A DNA stretch of 64,000 nt from assembly GCA_017654855.1 (NCBI GenBank), contig CM030333.1:1426001-1490000 (forward strand), in the 5' to 3' direction. The position numbers and the translations under genes are program-made. This document shows, piece by piece, positions 60,092 through 64,000 of this stretch (the stretch's first letter is position 1; each line of letters begins with the position of its first letter). The notes below the pieces were generated by a model. The model saw only the letters and a program-made list of their open reading frames with translations. It ran no database searches and had not been told where the DNA came from. Source of the DNA: Podospora anserina. Its lineage: Eukaryota.

Positions 60092-60981
60092 TGTGACGAG
60101 GGAGGTTTGTTGAGGGAGGTTCGGGGTGTTGTGCGATCAGATCGGATGGCAGATCGCGAAATGGGTTCGGGTAGTAGGTACCTTTTTGGCGGGCCCGAAC
60201 CAAGGTGCCCACTTTTGAGCCGGGGGGCTGCCGGCCGTTATTCGGACTGTGCTGGCTTGGGGTGACAACTATCGATGTCAGGGATGCTTCTGAATGAAGG
60301 CTGCATGCCTATCTTGTGCTCAAATAACAAGTGTTAAGCTTTTCCGGTGTTCTTGGTCAAGCTCAGAAAAAGCCCACTTCAGCCTGGCCAGTCATCAGAC
60401 ACATGTTTGAAAGGAACAAAACCTCTATTTTTTCTTCGCGGCCTGCGTCTGTAACAAATGGGAGAGCAATCCACTGGTAGCGTCCATTTCGCTGGTGTCA
60501 TCTAAGAGCTATCTCTTGAATAGCCCGAATCACGCCCAGCTTTACCCCCAGCTTTACCCACAGCATTAACCCCCATCGCTACCCCATGTCCAGCATCAGC
60601 TAGAGCATCAACTAGAGCATCAGCTAGAAAAGCGGCCAGAGCATTGCTCCCGGCATTCATCATAGCATTTTCCATAAAACCAAGCGGCAACCAGAGCATC
60701 AGCGGTTGAGGTGTAAGTGCTTCGGGCATAGATATGATTGGCTGAGCCGTCTATTGTGGGTTCCAACTCAGTTTCAGACCACAACGCCTGGAACAGGCCG
60801 TGTGTGGCTACACTCAGCTGGCAAGATTGTTTGGAACTGCCATAGGTACAGGTGAAATCCCTGCCACTTCAACCCCTCCGAGCTGTCTGTGCCCCTCCGA
60901 GCTGTTGCCCCTCCCTATTGCATCTTTGCGTCTTGCACGACAACCCCCTATCAACCACCTAACCTATAGCCATCATTCACG

Positions 60982-63743
60982 ATGGGAGGCCATCTAGTGA
61001 CGGTTGCGACATGCAACCTAAATCAGTGGGTTCTCGACTGGGAGGGCAACCTGAACCGCATCGTTGAGAGCATCCACATCGCAAAAGCGGCCGGTGCTCG
61101 GCTTCGTGTCGGTCCCGTGAGTTGTGTGTCATTGATGATAAGCAAGTGCAGCTGTCTAACTTGGAGATAGGAGCTTGAAATCACCGGCTACTCTGCGTAC
61201 GAATAACCAGTTACCACCTGGAATTCCCATGACTGATTCCCGTCCCTCTTTAGCTTGGACCACTTCCACGAGCTTGATGTCTACAGTAATGGAAACCCTT
61301 GGGCTTTTGACCCCCGAGCCTTTATGGACCAGAGTTAACTCTTGTGTCTAGCTCACAGTCTGGAGATGCTCAGCATCCTGCTCCAGGATGAGAGCACCCA
61401 TGGTATTCTCCTGGACATTGGCATGCCCATTCTCCACAGGAACCTCAGATACAATTGCCGGGTTATTTGCCTCGACGGAAAGATTCTCTTGATCGTGAGC
61501 CTGACCACTCTCGCCGCAATGGGCATCCGACTGATGGTTACTATGCAGAGACCGAAAATGTGGCTGGCCAATGATGGCAACTACAGGGAGATGAGGCACT
61601 TTACCCCCTGGATGCGCCCTAGAGAGACTGAGCTGTTCCACCTCCCCAAGATGCTGGCTGAGCTCCAGGGTGAAACCCACGTCTTGTTTGGTGATGCCGT
61701 TATTTCCACCCCCGAGACTGCCTTTGGTGCCGAGACCTGTGTAAGCTGCAATGGTGGCGAGAAAGACCATGGTTCGAGGACACTAATGTCTTGCAGGAAG
61801 AGCTTTTCACCCCCAAAGCTCCGCATATCGTGGGTCTCCCTTGTTGCCAACTTGGAGACATGATGTTGACAGTCTCACAGGACATGGCTCTGGATGGTGT
61901 AGAGATCATCACCAACAGCAGCGGCAGTCACTGTGCGTCTCATCATCACTTTGTTCTGGACATAAAAAGCTGACAGACAGCCAGTCACCTTACGGAAACT
62001 CGACACTCGTCTTCAGCTGATTATGGAGGCCACCAGAAAGTCTGGTGGTGTATACCTTGTATGGCCCCTGGGTGTTGTGTGAATGATCCGTTGGAGCTGA
62101 CACGTTCTGCAGTATGCCAACCAACAAGGCTGCGAGTAAGTGTCTCTGAAAAGTCTGGACCGCTGCGGCTAACAAGCACAGTGGCGAGCGCCTGTACTTT
62201 GACGGGTGTGCCATGATCATAGTAAACGGCGATATTGGTAGGTCACCTTGCTCATCCTCCCGAGCCCTGCTGACACCGCACAGTTGCCCAAGGATCCCAG
62301 TTCGGTCTCAAAGACGTCGAGGTGGTCACCGCCACTGTCGACCTCGAGGAAGTCAGATCATATCGAGCAGCCATCTCCCGCGGTCTCCAAGCCGCGACCT
62401 CGGATGCCAGGTATCAAAGAATTCAGACTCCATTCGAGCTGGCTCCCGAAGATGACGACGCCGATATCGAAAAGCGACCCACCCTCCCCATGCAGCCCAG
62501 AGTGCACCCCGTAGAAGAAGAGATTGCCCTCTCTGGCGGATGCTACCTCTGGGACTACCTTCGCAGATCCGGAACGGCAGGCTACCTCGTTCCCCTGAGC
62601 GGCGGTATTGACTCGTGCGCTACCGCCGTGATTGTGTATTCCATGTGCCGCATCGTCATGGATGCCGTCGAGGAGGAAAATCAACAGGTCATTGAAGATG
62701 TCAAACGACTTTGTCAATACAGCCAGGGTGTGTTGCCCAAGACACCGCAAGAATTGTGCAACCAGATTTTCACCACCATCTACATGGGTATGAAGAAGCA
62801 GAGCTCTCGTGACACTCGCCAGCGCGCAAAGGATCTTGCCGAGGCCATCGGGAGTCACCACGTCAACCTCGATATTGACGAGGTATACGAGGCTCAGAAG
62901 AAGCTCGTCGTCAACACCCTCAATTTTGAGCCTAGGTTCGAGGTGGAAGGGGGCAGCAACCAAGAAAACTTGACGCTGCAGTGCTTGCAAGCCAGAATCA
63001 GAATGGTAACAGCGTACGAGTTTGGGCAGATCCTTCCAACCGCGCGCGGAAGACCAGGAGGCGGCAGCCTGCTCGTCCTCGGCAGTGCAAACGTTGGAGA
63101 GTCTTTGAGGGGATATCTGACCAAGTATGACTGCTCGAGTGCGGATATCAACCCCATCGGCTCCATCGACAAGGCGGACTTGAAACGTTTCATCGCATGG
63201 GCCGAGAAAGAATTCGACCTACCCTGCCTCCACGAATTCCTGACGGCCGTTCCCACGGCCGAGCTGGAGCCCATCACCGAGAACTATGTTCAGAGTGATG
63301 AAGCCGACATGGGCATGACGTACGAGGAGCTCACCACGTTTGGGCGCCTCCGCAAGCTCAACAAGCTCGGCCCGTTCGCCATGTTCCAGCGTCTCGTCCA
63401 CGACTGGAGCATCGACCGGAAGCACGTCGAGGGCGATACCGCGCCACACTACACGCCTGCTCAAGTTGCGGAGAAGGTGAAGAGGTTCTTCCACTTTTAT
63501 GCCATCAACCGGCACAAGATGACAACCTTGACCCCAGCCCTTCACTGTAATGATTATTGTAAGTTGATATGCACTTTTTTTCCCGTCGGACCTTTATGAT
63601 TGACCGTGCCCATAGCACCGGACGACAACCGCTTTGATCTCCGACCGTTCCTGTACCCTAACTTTTGGAAGAGCTGGTCCTTCAAGAGGATTGATATGGA
63701 GCTGAAGAAGATTGAAAAGAAGCGGGCCAGTAAGGGGAAGTAG
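60982..63743 (+). CDS. QNS1: Glutamine-dependent NAD+ synthetase; ~12 exons
   Basis: [22 protein letters not shown]...GP|ELEITGY...[18 protein letters not shown]...ETC|EELF (nitrilase-type glutaminase triad), [51 protein letters not shown] at 63741-63743. Confidence 0.95.
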
Positions 63744-64000
63744 AGCATGATGAGGAATAGATTGTAATATTTCACCCCGTTCATCACCTCGACATCAACC
63801 AGAGGAATGCTCTCTTTGACAGACTGATAAGATAAAAACTGCTTGATTCGGCTAGCGGCAAGAGTGGGCTTGGACCCGGAACGGCGCAGAGTGATCCGGC
63901 CAATGAGCAGCCCCACAGGGCGAGTTTCACAGACAAAATGGGTCTCGATTTTTCCCTTTCTGTTCGCACTCTTCCTTTTCTTCTCAGCCTGCAAATTCTG

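Noticed and set aside
41058-63773. Other TAG-ending genes as stop-loss candidates (ACC deaminase, carboxylesterase, APL5, COQ10, QNS1)
   Set aside because: Most downstream frames close within about 10 codons; the longer COQ10 tail looks like random UTR translation and I saw no anticodon-like hairpin there.

Overview
Gene-dense, intron-containing euchromatic DNA from a filamentous ascomycete. Intron signals (GTRAGT/GTATGT...CTRAC...YAG), gene content and homopolymer-rich low-complexity sequence suggest Sordariomycetes, possibly Sordariales/Podospora-like (inference). I can support about 22 protein-coding genes: the 5' end of transketolase, BMT6-like rRNA methyltransferase, Sac-domain phosphoinositide phosphatase, SNU13, VMA3, ERG4, LCCL protein, QTRT2, a SIN kinase (SepH/Cdc7/Cdc15), FOL3, a C2H2 transcription factor, ACC deaminase, an MFS permease, AP-3 delta, EMC2, COQ10, QNS1, two hydrolase-fold proteins and several conserved hypotheticals. 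There are also two tRNA genes (intron-containing Lys-CTT and Val-AAC) and several simple repeats. No intact transposon or CRISPR was seen. The strongest unexplained signal is the SIN kinase TAG stop: it sits in a predicted hairpin whose 7-nt loop (UUAGAAA) mimics a tRNA anticodon loop with A34, and 267 more sense codons follow in frame. This fits sexual-stage A-to-I stop-loss editing (UAG to UIG, Trp). A second, weaker candidate of the same kind lies at the C2H2 TF stop. All gene identities come from motif recognition by eye; no database searches were run, and exon boundaries are manual.
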